From: Octopus bimaculoides
Taxonomy: Eukaryota
Direction: 5' to 3'
DNA: 64,000 nucleotides
Assembly: GCF_001194135.2 (NCBI RefSeq)
Contig: NC_068985.1
Location: forward strand, 106,942,191 to 107,006,190
The notes beneath the pieces are model-generated. The model worked only from the letters and a program-made list of their open reading frames with translations, searched no databases and was not told where the DNA came from. Within the stretch, counting starts at the first letter, position 1, and each line of letters begins with the position of its first letter. Of this stretch, positions 27,968 to 42,136 are shown piece after piece. The translations under genes and the position numbers were made by a program.

Positions 27968-28369
27968 CTCTTTTACTCTTTTACTTGTTTCAGCCATTTG
28001 ACTGCGGCCATGCTGGAGCACCGCCATTAGTCGAGCAAATCGACCCCAGGACTTATTCTTTGGAAGCCTAGTACTTATTCTATCGGTCTCTTTTGCCGAA
28101 CCACTAAGTTACGGGGACATAAACACACCAGTATCGGTTGTCAAGCAACGTTGGTGGGACAAACACAGACACACAAACACACATACATATATACATACAT
28201 GTACATATATACGACGGGCTTCTTTCAGTTTCCGTCTACCAAATCCATTCACAAGGCTTTGGTCGGCCCGAGGCTATAGTAGAAGACACTTGCCCAAGAT
28301 GCCACGCAGTGGGACTGAACCCGGGACCATGTGGTTTGTAAGCAAGCTACTTACCACGCAGCCACTCCT
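27968..28369 (-). mobile_element. Family A SINE, near full length, CpG-rich (young)
   Basis: Near-identical to the reverse complement of 55069-55490. Confidence 0.9.
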
Positions 28370-28370
28370 T

Positions 28371-29465
28371 ATAAGATAAAGCTTACTTGGAAGAGGATGC
28401 ATGGTGTTCAATCATATAATAATATAAACAATATATATATATATGCATGTATACATACGTATATGTACATACTTACATCTCTACTTATATACATATATGC
28501 ATATGGGGGCACAGGACATCACAGACGTATACAACGAAAAAGTATGAAGCACTAGTACATGGAACATGAACTGTTCTTTCAAATAACAAATGACACAAAT
28601 GGAAAACAAAATGAACAACAAAAAGAATGACCCTTCATCAGTTGTTGGTTGTATTTCTAGTCTCATATTTCCAGCATTTAACAACAGTATACGCTTTTGA
28701 TAAAACAGTTGCTCCTGCAAAGCAAATTAAATAAAATTTGGGATTTTGCAGAGGGTCAAAATTGGTAACACAAATAGGACAGTGAAAACAAACAGGAAGG
28801 GCTGCTAAGCCTAAATGAGGTTGTGGTGGGGAACACGTAAATTAAACTAGGACAGGAGCCTAATTAGAACATGTGTTCCTTGTTCCAGCTACAATGAAGA
28901 GAAAGAAAGAAAGATGGCCAACAGTCACATGAGAGCCATGTGAGCAAGGGAGGAGGAGTGAGGGAGAGAGAGTGACAGAGTAATAGAATAGAATAGTGAG
29001 AGAAGAGGAGGTAAAAGAATAAGAGAGAGAAAAAGAGAGAAAAATGAAAGAGTAAAAAGATCGTATAGAGTGCACATCAGAATTATTAAGATAAAACTTA
29101 CTTGGAAGAGGATGCGTGGCATTCAATCATATAATAACATAAATAATATATATATATGCATATATACATACATATATGTACATACATCTATACGTGTATA
29201 TATATGCATATGTGGGCACAGGACATCACAGATGCATACAACAAGCATGTACGAAGCACGAGTACATGGAACATGAACTATTCTTTCGACCAATGAAAGA
29301 CACAAATGCAAAACTGTTTTCCATTGTGTCTTTCGTTGTTCGAAAGAATAGTTCATGTTCCATGTACTCGTGCTTCGTACTTTTTTGTTGTCCACGTCTG
29401 TGATGTCCTGTGCCCACATATGCATATATATATACACGTATAGATGTAAATATGTACATATACGT
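28371..29465. repeat. Direct duplicate (28371-28605 and 29085-29313) plus large palindrome centred at 29315
   Basis: About 145-bp arms (29170-29314 and 29316-29465) that are near reverse complements. Confidence 0.85.
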
Positions 29466-29544
29466 ATATCTGTATGCATATATACGTATATGTGGTATCT
29501 TGGAGAAATTTCTTCTACTATAGCCCTCGGTGTTGATAATGAAC

Positions 29545-29681
29545 TTATCGTGCAGATCAAGATGTTAGGAAGGGCATCCAGCTGTAAAAACCCTGCCAAA
29601 ACAGACACATTAGCCGGGGTAGTCTTCTATCTTGCCAGCTCCTATCAACCGTTCTACCCATGCATGAAAGATGGATATTAA

Positions 29682-29728
<47 letters not shown>
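29545..29728 (+). mobile_element. RTE-type 3' tail with (GAT)n
   Basis: GTTAGGAAGGGCATCCAGCTGTA ... (GAT)n. Confidence 0.75.
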
Positions 29729-29989
29729 ACATATGGTGTGTTCAGGCTAAATTTTATGATTTTCTATATCTTCTTTTTTCAGGAACAACTTAATGTATTG
29801 CTGAACAGTCGATGGCATTGGAGAGCATAATGATTAAAGTTGTAGTTGAGGAAAAGTTAGCTGACTTGGAGGACTGGAAGTCATCTGAATATTGGAAAAG
29901 AATCACCTCTATCATGATGATTTGCATTGGGTGTCAAAATGCTGACATCATGACTACTACCCAATGCTTTATGAACATTGTAAAGACTG

Positions 29990-30490
29990 TAAGACCTGAC
30001 ATGGACAGCCAGAGACTATTACAGAGACTACCAGGCCAAATTGTGATTGCCTTCAGGTGCATCTCCTGTGAGGGTAACATCAGGCTGCACCACATCTTTG
30101 AACAGGGACATGGGTTCAGTTCAGAATGGCCATGTGAAGCTTCTGGAGACTGTCGCTGCTGAAATGCCATATGAGTGCCAGCAGGATTTGGGTCTTTGCC
30201 ATATCTCCAGAAAGAGTCAGAAGTGGTTGTTGGAGAATTTCTACAACTTCACCAGCCCCAATTTCTAGCCTCTTAATTCCCCTGATTGTAATCCCAATGT
30301 GTGGGGCACATTTGAGAAAGACACCAACTGCTTTGCTTGCAACACCAAGATCAAACTGGTGGCCAACATCAAGAAGGTGTTTACAGATCTTCCCAGGGAT
30401 GCAGCAGTGAGGAACATATGCTCCAGGTTCTGGAGCCATCTTGAGGCCATGGTGGAAGCGCAGGGCAGTTACTTTGAGCAAACTGTTACC
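29990..30490 (+). mobile_element. Divergent maT-like transposase remnant
   Basis: CISCEGNI...QQD...SRKSQKWLLENFYNFTSPNF*PLNSPDCNP...HLEAMVEAQGSYFE. Confidence 0.8.
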
Positions 30491-31502
30491 TCCCAACCAT
30501 AATGGTGGTGTTGATAATGAGCTTGACCAACTCCATCACTACTACCACCAGCACAATCATAATCACCATCACCATCATCATAACCACCACCAACAGCAGC
30601 ATCAGTAACACAAATAACATAAGTTAATGAATTAGGAAGCTTCTATGCATCCACTCTTTTAGAAATAGCAATCAAATCTCCTTCGTCTCCCATCTTGCCA
30701 TCTTAAAATACGGAAGGATATATTAGAGAATGTAGACTCAGATATGAAAAAAGAAAGGTTGGTCATGTCTGGCACATCTTCATACACAGAACTACTCAAT
30801 CAGCGTTGTCTTGGAGGCAAACCAACATCAACAGCATCATTTAAGAAAATTACCTTCATCAGCAACAACAACAACAACAACAACATCATTAATAACAACA
30901 ATATCAACAACAACAACACCAACCTCATCACTTGACAACAAATACGACAGCCTAAGCACTGCAATAAGATTTACAAGTAACAAACAAATCTGACAATAGT
31001 GAATTATTTGTAAATGGAAGGATTTTCACACAAATCCCAGATTGAATGAAAAGCAGTATTAAAATTTATCTTTTATCTTGCAAACATTTTCTTCAATTGG
31101 AATATTATTAATTTTCTCTTTCTGCTTTATTTTTATCTATTTATTTTTACCTTAAAATCCTCCATTGTCTTGTAAGAAACACTGTGTGTAAAGATTATGG
31201 AGAAAAATTTCTTCTGAGTTTAAAATAGTGAAGTTAATCTTTGCACTATAATAATACCCAGGTGACAGGAATGCAAGACAAAAGGCACACCTGTTATATT
31301 TCAAGGAATTTTGTAACATTCATTGACGTAACCTGATTGTTTTTTTTTAAATTTTGAAACGATGTCTAAGAGTGTGTATAAAATGTTTTGTATTAACTAA
31401 TGTATGCAAACTGATGTGCATACATATAAAATATATAAAATAGGATGCAGTAAAATTATGTGTAAGCTAATGCTAAGGGTGTGAAGTTGTTAATATATAA
31501 CT

Positions 31503-31841
31503 GGAGGAGACCCCCTTTGGTCATGAATGAGCATGGGATTGCACCTAGAAAGTTACCCCCCAAGGCACAAGTCCAGGCAAGGTTGTTTTTTGTGGAAGAC
31601 CAGCAGTCGCCCATGCATACCAGCCTCTCCTCTCCACACCACTGATGTTATCCAAGGGAAAGGCAAAGGCTGATACAACTTGGCACCAGTAATGTTGCAA
31701 CTCATTTCTACAGCTGAGTTAACTGGAGCAATGTGAAATAAAGTGTCTTGCTTAAGAACACAACACACAGCCTGGTCCAGGAATCGAACTCACAACCTCA
31801 CGATAGTAAGCTCGACGTTCTAACCACTGAGCCATGTGCTT
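31503..31841 (-). mobile_element. tRNA-derived SINE, family C
   Basis: TGGCTCAGTGG (A box), GAGTTCGATTCC (B box), CTTAAGCAAGACACTT domain and a distinct tail. Confidence 0.85.
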
Positions 31842-32310
31842 TCTCCTTCTAATATATAACTGAGAGTACATATAAAAGGGTATATATAAGGTTATATCAG
31901 TGAAATAGTGATCAGGTGTGAAGTTGTTAGTATAATTTGAGTGTGTATGTGGGGTTGTATACAGTTATGTGAGTGAATTGGTTGACCCCTAGGATATAGC
32001 AGAAGACACTTGCCCAAGGCGCCATGAAGTGGGACTGAACCTGAAATGATGTGGATGGTAGTAAGCATCTTAACCACACAGCCATTCTTGCATGAGTGGG
32101 TGTATGTACACACACACACACACACACATATACACACCACATAAATACATACACACACACACACACATACATATACACACCACATAAATACATACATACA
32201 TGCATGCATGCATACATGCATGCATGCATACATGCATGCATACATGCATGCATACATACATACATTCATACATACATTCATACATTTATACATACATACA
32301 TACAAATACA

Positions 32311-32341
<31 letters not shown>

Positions 32342-34177
32342 GTATGTATGTATATGAATACCATCATCATTTTACATCCATTTTTCTATGCTTGTATAAG
32401 GCTGAATGGGTTTTCACTATCACAGCTTCTCACCATTTGCGGCAGTAATTTCTTCATAAAAGATTACTTTACACCACTTCTTTCCGCCTCTTTCCATATC
32501 CATCACATGCATGCATTGTATCAGTGCAGTCTTGCCTTCTTTCTTGCATGCTATATCTGATTCATCAGTTCATTTTGTGCACTGTCATTCATGCACACTA
32601 ACATTACACATCTGTCAGAGTGTATTTGCTTCATTTACCATAAACCTTCTCACACCTTTCAGAATCAGTGTTCATATTTTATAAACATGTACTTTCTTAT
32701 TTTTGTACACAAGCATTATTAAATTTTTAATATATTCACCACTTAGTCATGGAAGGAAGGACAGCACTCAAAAAAAAAGGGGGCGGGGGCAGCACTCAGA
32801 ACCATTTACTTTTTCAGGGGGCTCCATGAGCAGTGAGAAGATGAGAGTAAATTACCCTCAAGCCAGAGACATAACTTGAATGCTGGCAATNNNNNNNNNN
32901 NNNNNNNNNNNNNNNNNNNNNNNNNNNNNNNNNNNNNNNNNNNNNNNNNNNNNNNNNNNNNNNNNNNNNNNNNNNNNNNNNNNNNNNNNNNNNNNNNNNN
33001 NNNNNNNNNNNNNNNNNNNNNNNNNNNNNNNNNNNNNNNNNNNNNNNNNNNNNNNNNNNNNNNNNNNNNNNNNNNNNNNNNNNNNNNNNNNNNNNNNNNN
33101 NNNNNNNNNNNNNNNNNNNNNNNNNNNNNNNNNNNNNNNNNNNNNNNNNNNNNNNNNNNNNNNNNNNNNNNNNNNNNNNNNNNNNNNNNNNNNNNNNNNN
33201 NNNNNNNNNNNNNNNNNNNNNNNNNNNNNNNNNNNNNNNNNNNNNNNNNNNNNNNNNNNNNNNNNNNNNNNNNNNNNNNNNNNNNNNNNNNNNNNNNNNN
33301 NNNNNNNNNNNNNNNNNNNNNNNNNNNNNNNNNNNNNNNNNNNNNNNNNNNNNNNNNNNNNNNNNNNNNNNNNNNNNNNNNNNNNNNNNNNNNNNNNNNN
33401 NNNNNAAGATGAGAGTAAATTACCCTCAAGCCAGAGACATAACTTGAATGCTGGCAATGGAATAAACTCCACTGAAAAACATCCAAAATCATGATAAACA
33501 AGACAGTAGATTAAGTCTACAACTCAAGATACCCAATCAGTTACCATATTTTCTGGCAAACAAGTTGCTGTAAACATGTAGTGTAAACATTGAAATATCA
33601 TCACTATCATTCCAAATCCTGCTGTGTTTTACATGGAATTTTTGGTTCTCCAAAATCATTTTGGTGTATGAGTTGACCTCCCTTTTTAGTGAAAAATTCA
33701 ACTTGTGTGCTGGTAAATTCAACTTGTGTGCTCATAAGTCAGAAATAAAAGTATACTCAACATAAATAAAAGAGCAGATATATTGTTTTATATCATCAAA
33801 CAATCTTTTATCAGTTATGCCATATAACTGGTAAGGAGCAACTGGTTTCAGAGCAATATTCGATGTGAAACCAGTGATAACATCCTGAACAATTATATGC
33901 CATAGCTTGTAATATATTGTTTGATTGTATATATATTGTCGTCGTCATCATCATTGCCATTTAACATCTTACTTCTATGCTGGTATAAGTTGAATATAAC
34001 TTAGGGGTTCAGCAAAAGAGACCAAGAGAATAAGTACCAGGCTTAAAAAGAATAAATACTGGGGTCAGTTTATTCAACTAAAATTAATCAGGGTAGTGCC
34101 CTAACATGGCTGCAGTCTACTAACTGAAACAAGTAAAAGAAAAGGTCTTCTCAGGCACTGCAAATTGCCAATCATCA

Positions 34178-34399
34178 CCCTTTCATTACTATATTTCTAT
34201 TGACATACACTGCCTTTATTTCAATATATTTGAAAATTATGAAGAATTTAATAAAAAAAAACCTGTCATTATTAAGCTGGTGTTTGGAATACAGCATGAA
34301 ATTCTGATTGAAGCATTTAATCTAGCTCATTTTAAAACAAGCAATTTGCAACGTAGAAACAAGGATGGTCTCAGACCACTTTGGTATGAAAAGGGTTAA
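34178..34399. mobile_element. piggyBac-like MITE, copy 1
   Basis: CCCTTT...AAAGGG followed by TTAA; internal homology to 39635-39866. Confidence 0.6.
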
Positions 34400-37389
34400 A
34401 CTACAATATTTGAAATGTCTACAGTTATTTCTTTTCTTTCAACTGAACGACTCAATACAAAGACTGAAGAAAAATGTCTTCCTAAAAGCAAAATACTGCC
34501 TGACTGGATGTAATCAGTTGTAGCAAGGGTCCCAGAAGACAATGTCAGAATAGAAAACCAGTCATAGCATCAACAAAAAGGATCCTCATAAGTCAAGAGA
34601 TTATTATTTTCTTTCAGTCTTTGTCATGGCATGTTCAAAGTTAGTCACCTACGTTTTTTGATAACAGAGCAGATGAAATCTCTAGTTTCATTATATAAAA
34701 ACCTCTGTTTTAAAACATTTATATCTAAATTAAAACCATTTTGTGTAAGAAATTTTTTCTTCAGACATTATTTTGCAATGACAAAGTCATTTCATTAAAA
34801 TCTTCCAAATTTTTTATTATTTTCAAAATTAACAGGTTTTGTCTTTATCTATACAAAACCAGTCACTTAAACATTTTGAAAAAAAAAATCTGATATCTCT
34901 GGTTCTACATACCAAAACCTTTGTTTCAAAAGCATATATATTTAAATCTTTTCTACTCTGAAAACATTGTCTGAAATTTGGTAGGATAAGACTAGTCATT
35001 TACATAAATCTGTTTAACTGGTACTTTATTTCAGTGACCCTGAGAGGATGAAAGGCAATGTTGATCCCAGCAAAATTTGAACTCAGAACATTTGAAGTAA
35101 GATCACTTGTATAAGAAACTGTTATTTCAAAAATCAATTTAACAAAGACGTTAGTTATTTTACAAAATCCCTCCAAATTTTTTTGATTATATTTTTCAAA
35201 ATTCATTGAAATATAGGCTGGGTATTTTATCAGGAATATGTTCACAAAAGGATTCAAACAGTCTGTTTTAATACTGAAATACACTATTTCTCTTGTGGTC
35301 AGTTGTAGGTGGACAGTTCATTAAGAGCCAGTCTAAATAACCTACACATATTAACAACTAATAGAGGATTAACAGAAAATATTGTTCATAGAGAAACATC
35401 ACAATGAATGATTTAGTATTTTGTTTCATCTAAAGTATAACCTCAGACATTAAAGAACCACAGATTAAATGTCAGTACATCTTCTAAAGCTGGAGAGAAA
35501 CAGATATTTCATAATCCTTGATAGAATTATTTTAAATTATTTATGCACAAAAGCAACATAGGTATTTGTTTCTACTATTGTTATCATCGTCATCATAATC
35601 ACCCCCACCACCAACTGAGTTCAACATTATCAACACAACCACTACTACCACAACCACCACCACCACTACTAGTCAGTCTTGGAGAATAGTAGAAGACTAT
35701 ATTCAAGGTACCAGTAGGAGTGAACCTAAAAATGTTTGGTTAGAAAGCAAACTTCTTAACCTTCTGCCTACTTCTGGAAGTCTGTGCAAAAGTGTCTTTT
35801 TTTTTACAAAGTAATCATGACACACTAAGTTGATAGTTGATGGTTTACAAAGTATTTGTTCTTACAACTGTCTTGTACTCTGTGAATTTTAGGTGCTTAA
35901 TGGAAAAGACAGAAAAAGGTTAGACAATTTCCATAAGAGAAAGCCGCAAACAGTCTTGTGCATATGTTGGTAAAACCATGTTGAGTATAATGAAGTTCTT
36001 GAGCAGACCAGACTCTACAACAGTCAAGGCTGATTTTGTTTCATTAACACTCACTCACTCTCTCTCTCTCTCACGCACACACACACTCACACACACACAT
36101 ACACTAGAGCCTGGTGCAGCCCTCCAACTTGCCAGCTCCTGCCAATATGGAAAACGGATATTAAATGACAATGACGATTACAATGATGATAGTGGTGATG
36201 ACGCCTCCTCGCTTACTAGGTGAGAAAGCCAACACTTTCCCTCATTCATCGATAGTGGGGACTGGAGCAATGTGAAATGAAGTGTTTTGCTCGGGAACAC
36301 AATGTGCCACCCAGTCTGGGAATTGAGCCCATGATCTAGCAACCATGAGTACAACAGTCTAACTACCAGGCCACTTGCCTTCACACACACACACATATAT
36401 AGACACAGGCATGGAAATGTGTGGTTAAGTGGTTCACTTTTTAACCATATGGTTAGGGTTCAATTCCACCTCATAGCACATATGCACGGGTATCTTCCAC
36501 TGTAGCCCCAGGGCAACCAAAGCCTTGTGAGTAGATTTGGCTAACAGAAACCAAAAGAAGACCATTGTGTGCATGTGTGTGTGTCTGTGTTTGTGTCTGT
36601 GTGCGCATGTGTGTGTGTGCGCGTGTGTGTATGCTTGTGTTTGTGTGTGTTCATACATGTATATGCACATGTTCACATGTTTGTTTACATTTTGCTTGTT
36701 TCTATGAAAGTTGCAACGTATGAGTGCTGTTATTGTTGTCAGTGATCTTGTCATCAATTCATCTGCTCACCCCACAGCTTTGAAGCCATGTTTCAAGATC
36801 CCTCAGTTGAAATACAGGTAAGATTTAGCAACAAGAAGGGCAACCAACTGTGAAACAATCCCTCGATAACATATTTATCCAAGCCATGCAAGCATGGAAA
36901 AATCGACTTGTTCTTCAAGGGAACTTTTATTTCATATGGCTTTAAAGGCATGAAGCAAGCAAGGGATTCATTGACAGGAGAACTGACTATAACAGCACCA
37001 TCCACACATCGCTACTTTTGTTGACACAAACAAGATGCAAATGTAAACATAAATACACATGCCTGCATTCATGTACATATACATATCTATCAACTTATCT
37101 ATCTGTACGTCAACACACACACATACACGCACAGATATATATATAATGATAAATAGATAGATAGACAGATAGATAGATAGATAGATAGATACATACATAC
37201 ATACATACATACATACATACATTGGGAGATAGATGGAATAACTGATTTATATACATATGTGTGTCTTTACATTCTGAGTTCAAATTCCACCGAGGTCGAC
37301 TTTACCTTTCAGTTGATGAAAACTCATATATCATTTTCATTTTATCTAGTTTCAGCTCATGAGCTGTGGCCATGCTGGGGCACTGCCAT

Positions 37390-38305
37390 TTGGTGTTGCT
37401 ACACAATTTTACTTCACGAATTTTACTTCAGGAATTGACATTTGGTGCATGAAAGAGTTTGATGCAGCTGCTCTCATCTGCACCTCCTGCCGTGAAGTTG
37501 GTTCATCTGGGACACCTGACGGGAAGAAGTCCAGCCTCATCTTGAAGACTCCTACATCCACCGCATGCAGGTCTCTCAGGTCCTTCGGGAGGATACTGAA
37601 GAGCTGTGGACCTCTGAAGCCCAGGCTATTGCAGTATCTTGTCCTACATCTTGATGGCAAATTTGGAGTCCTTGGCACTATGCAATGGCGTCCAGTTCTT
37701 TTATTTGTGTAACTTTCGATGCCAAAGTTTGGGACAATTCCTTCGAGGATCTTCCAGATGTATATTATGGCATATCTTTCTCGCCTACGCTCTAAGGAAT
37801 AGAGTCTTAATCTCTTGAGTCTTTCCCAATAGCTTATATGCTGCAAATATATATATATATATAGCTGAGAGCAATAGTCAGAGGACCATCATGGTTTCCT
37901 GATCTCTTGTTCTAAAAATCCTAAGAATCCATCCGGTCAGTCGCCTGCATTTCATTGACAATTTAGCAACATGAACATGAAAGGATGCATTATTACTCAT
38001 GTAGCTTTGTAGCTTCTTCGTGTAGCTTTGTTGGATTGCCTCAAGTTCTGAGATTAATTTGACACTGGTTGGTGACCATAGCTGAGAGCAATAGTCAGAG
38101 TAGCTTAGAACAAGTGTCCTCCAGAGGACCATCATGGTTTCCTGATCTCTTGTTCTAAAAGTCCTAAGAATCCATCCGGTCAGTCGCCTGCATTTCATTG
38201 ACAATTTAGCAACATGAACATGAAAGGATGCATTATTACTCATGTAGCTTTGTAGCTTCTTCGTGTAGCTTTGTTGGATTGCCTCAAGTTCTGAGATTAA
38301 TTTGA
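37390..38305 (-). mobile_element. CR1/L2-type LINE 3' region with internal duplication
   Basis: GWILRTFRTRD...DYCSQLWSP...SYWERLKRLRLYSLERRRERYAIIYIWKILEG...GFRGPQLF...VPDEPT. Confidence 0.9.
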
Positions 38306-38336
38306 NNNNNNNNNNGTGGTTGTCTACTCCTTATGC

Positions 38337-38610
38337 AGAGTCTGACAACCTTCTGTACTTACACCTTAAATCCATCATGACATCTGATGTGCCTTTTTAA
38401 ACCAGACAATATATTGTGTATCTGATTTGGACCACCAAGAGCTGCAGTTAAGCTCTGATCTTTGTGGATCTTAAAATGTCTTTTGAGGCCTCTGTTAGAT
38501 TTGCAGACCTTATAGTATACATGGCATTGAAAGGTGTGTACAGATATATAGGCAGAGTAGTTGGTGGAGGTTCGTTTTTTGAGGGTTTGCAAATGAGATT
38601 TGAGCCCAGT
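38337..38610 (-). mobile_element. LINE ORF C-terminus with degenerate C2H2-like fingers (RTE-like)
   Basis: FQCHVYYKVCKSNRGLKRHFKIH...LSGLKRHIRCH, no TGEKP linker, followed by a short UTR. Confidence 0.55.
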
Positions 38611-38814
38611 TAAGAGGTTAGAGTGTGTGGATTATGGCCATCATGTTTTAAGTTCTATTTTTGAACTGGGCAGCACATTGTGCCCTTGAGCAAGGCACTT
38701 CATGTCACATTGCTCTAATTTACTCTGCTGAAAATGAATACCAGCTGATGCAGTTCTCTCTCTCCTTCCCCCACTCTCCATCTCTCTTTCCCTTTCTCTC
38801 TCTCTCTCTCTCGG

Positions 38815-39590
38815 CGGCGGTGACGGTGGCGGCGGCGGCGGCGGCGGTGGTGGTGGTGGTGGTGGTGGTGGTGGTGGTGAAGGTAGTGACGTTAGTGGCT
38901 TTAATATTGTTGGTAATTGCGGTGGTGCTGATGGTTATGGTGTTATAGCATTAGGCTGTTGGGGGTTAGGATGCAATGTGGCTAAAGTGTTGGAGATGAT
39001 GGCAGGATTGGTATTGGCGGTGGTGGTGGTGGTGGTGAAGGTTATAGAGAGATGGTTGTGGTGTTGACAGTGGTGGTAGTGTTGATGGTTGTGGTTTAGT
39101 GTTGGTGCTAGTGGTGGTGATAGTGGTGGTGGTGGTAATGGTGGTGGTGGTGCTGATGATAGTGATGGTGGTGGAGATATTGGTGATGGGGGTGGTGGTG
39201 GTGGTGATAATGGTGGTGGTGGTAATGGCGGTGGTGTTGGTGGTGGTAGTGGTGGTGGTGGTAATGGTGGTGGTGGTGCTGATAGTGGTTGTGGTAGTGC
39301 TGGTGGTGGTAGCAGTGTTGATGACTGTGATGATGGTGGTGATGGCAGTGGTAGTGTTGGTGATGACAGTAAGTGCTAGTGGTGTAGACGATGACGATGG
39401 TGATATTGAAGGTGGGGGGGGGTATTATTGGCAGCTGCAATGATCGCAGGGGGCAAAGTGGTGGTGTTGATGATGGTAGTGGTGGTAAAGTGGATGATGA
39501 CAGTAGCATTGATGATAGTGGTTGTGATGGTGCTGATGTTAGCAACAGTTGTGTTGATGATGATAGTGATGCTAGTGACGATAGTGGTTT
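38815..39590. repeat. (GGT/GAT)n low-complexity tract
   Basis: Direct reading; source of the poly-G/V/H pseudo-ORFs. Confidence 0.9.
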
Positions 39591-39634
39591 CGTCTCTTCC
39601 CCTCCTGCCCCACAAACTACTTTAATCCAGCTAC

Positions 39635-39866
39635 TTAACCCTTTTGTGACCATATTTCTTTTGAAATTCGCTGCCTTTGTTTTGATTGATTTTGAAAATA
39701 ATGAAGAATTTCGTAAAATAATTTTGTCATTATTAAGCTGACGTTTGGAACTTGAATTAACATGAAATTTTGATGGAAGGTTTTAATTTAGATCACTTTA
39801 AACAGGAAATTTATATCGTAGAGCCAGTGAGGGTGGTCTCAGGTGGGTTGGTATCAAAAGAATTAA
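39635..39866. mobile_element. piggyBac-like MITE, copy 2
   Basis: TTAA followed by CCCTTTTG at the left, AAAAGAA followed by TTAA at the right. Confidence 0.65.
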
Positions 39867-40786
39867 TGCTATTTTATCTTGTCCCAAAGCTACCATTAAT
39901 TCCACATTTGCACTTCTTACCATCATGTATTCCTCAACTCTCTCTGATTTTTGAACTCCTCCAAAATTATATTCAAAAACCCAGAACACATCTACAACAT
40001 CATTATCTCTCCCATAAGCCACTGAGTTAACCTTTATTTGGGTATTAGACTTACTTGAAATAGCAACCAAATATCCCTTAAACCACATTCTACATGTCTT
40101 GGGAAAGCAATGGGTATGATGGTTAATTTGATGCAAAAGCTTAAAACTTAACCATCACTTGCAAGTGAGTATGCCCTAATGCTTGTACCATGCTTTTGCT
40201 AAATGCACTAGGTGTCTATGTAGTCATGATCAGACATAGACACCTTCTCAGCCCTTCTTTTTTTTTATCTAACAACATAGAGGCAACCAGCAGTCAGCTG
40301 GTACTTGCATTCAGCTGAAGAGACTGGAGCAATGTGAAATGAAGTGACTTGCTTAAGGGCACAACTCACTACCAGATCTGGAACTCAAGTATGACCTTAT
40401 TGTCATAGTCCGAAAATGGCAAAATGTTTACTATTGGAATGTCTTTGGTAAAAGTCTGCTTAACTGGAATTAACGTTGGGTTAAACAATAGCAACAACAG
40501 TACACATATTTTTCTAGTAGCATCATAAAATAAATTAACATACACAGGGATATACATATATATATACAGGGACATATGCAAATATGGATATAGATCTATA
40601 CACACATATAAATACAGAATACATACATACAAAGACACAGAAAAGAGCACATAAATGCACAGACGCACTTGTAAATTCCACATGCATAACTATAGACACA
40701 AACATAAAGATACAGACTTACACAAGCATACAGACACTCAGACTATATCCATATACATTTATGTACACATCACACACGCACACACG

Positions 40787-40832
<46 letters not shown>

Positions 40833-42057
40833 CATACTGACATATGAACACTGACAGAGACTGCACATACACAGAGACGCAAGCATACAGGCACACAAGC
40901 ATAAAACACACACAGTTACAGAAACACACAAGCGCACAGATACACAGGCATACTGACTTGCAAAAATACAAACACTTAAGTACAAAATACACACAGTCAC
41001 AGAGACATGCAAACATACACATACACAAACATACAGACAGAGACATACAGGCACACAAACACGAACATACAGACAGTTGTAGATACACACAAATATGCAG
41101 TCACACAGATAGAGAGAGAGAGACAGCTAGATGTTTTGCTAAACATATGATGGTGTAAAGTCTATTGGATCAATTTACTTTACATTCTACATAGCATTTT
41201 ATGTTGTGTGCAAGATGAAAAGCTGGTGGAATTGTCAGAGTACTGGAGAAAATGCTAAGCTCCGTTTCTTCTGATTCTTTATGTTCAAGTTCAAATTCCA
41301 CTAAGGCCAACTTTGCCTTTCATCCATTTAGGATGTACGAAATAAGTACTAGTTAAGTGCTGGGGTCCATCAAAAATAGCTGGTCTTGTACCACAATTTG
41401 GAACAATTATATGTAGTGTGTATATCATATAGTGTTAGATGTACTTTATACATTACATTGTAGAAACTACAGCCAAATGATTTAGAGGGTTCACTCCCCA
41501 AGCTCAAGATCCATAGTTTGATCCCACTACATCTTGGACATATATCTGTAACCTCAGGTAGGTCCATGCCTTTTGAGTGAAATTAAGTAGATAGAAACCA
41601 TGTAGAAGCTCAGCGGGATTGTAAATATGTACTTTGTAGATTCTGCTGGAGAATTATATCAAGGATACACGTGTCAGTGGAATGCTCAACCACTAACACA
41701 TCAATTCAAGAGCAGGTAATTCAGTTGATCAAACAAATGAATCCTTGTTTCAGGACAGTGGACATTCATCTCCACACATCACATAATGTTAGACAGACAG
41801 ACATGCATACTTGCATGCATACATACATACATAAACATATACATGCATGCATGCATACATACATACATACATACATACATACATACATACATTCATATAA
41901 GTGCATGTATTGTGTACTTAGTGTGATTATCCCAAAGATAGAATTCACTACATTTATAGAATAACAATTTTATTGTATGCATATGATAGAAAATTCAATG
42001 CCTTCTATTGACTAATAGTTTCATTCTTGCTGGAAAATCTTCAGACAATCAATACAT

Positions 42058-42129
<72 letters not shown>

Positions 42130-42136
<7 letters not shown>

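Noticed and set aside
32838-33458. Direct repeat flanking a gap
   Set aside because: An identical stretch of about 53 bp on both sides of the N run is typical of unmerged contig overlap.
36778-36817. 40-nt exon (FEAMFQDPSVEIQ) with a GTAAGA donor
   Set aside because: The donor lies within a repeat tail also seen near 19470 and 45360; no independent support.
37863-38305. Tandemly duplicated RT segment as a biological rearrangement
   Set aside because: Near-identical duplicate next to an N gap and a (TA)n; more likely mis-assembly unless long reads confirm it.
38359-38592. C2H2 zinc-finger gene of the cephalopod ZNF expansion
   Set aside because: Cys residues are degenerate, there is no TGEKP linker, only two pseudo-fingers, and the context fits a LINE ORF C-terminus.
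39089-39741. Gly-, Val- or His-rich proteins
   Set aside because: Translations of the (GGT/GAT)n low-complexity tract.
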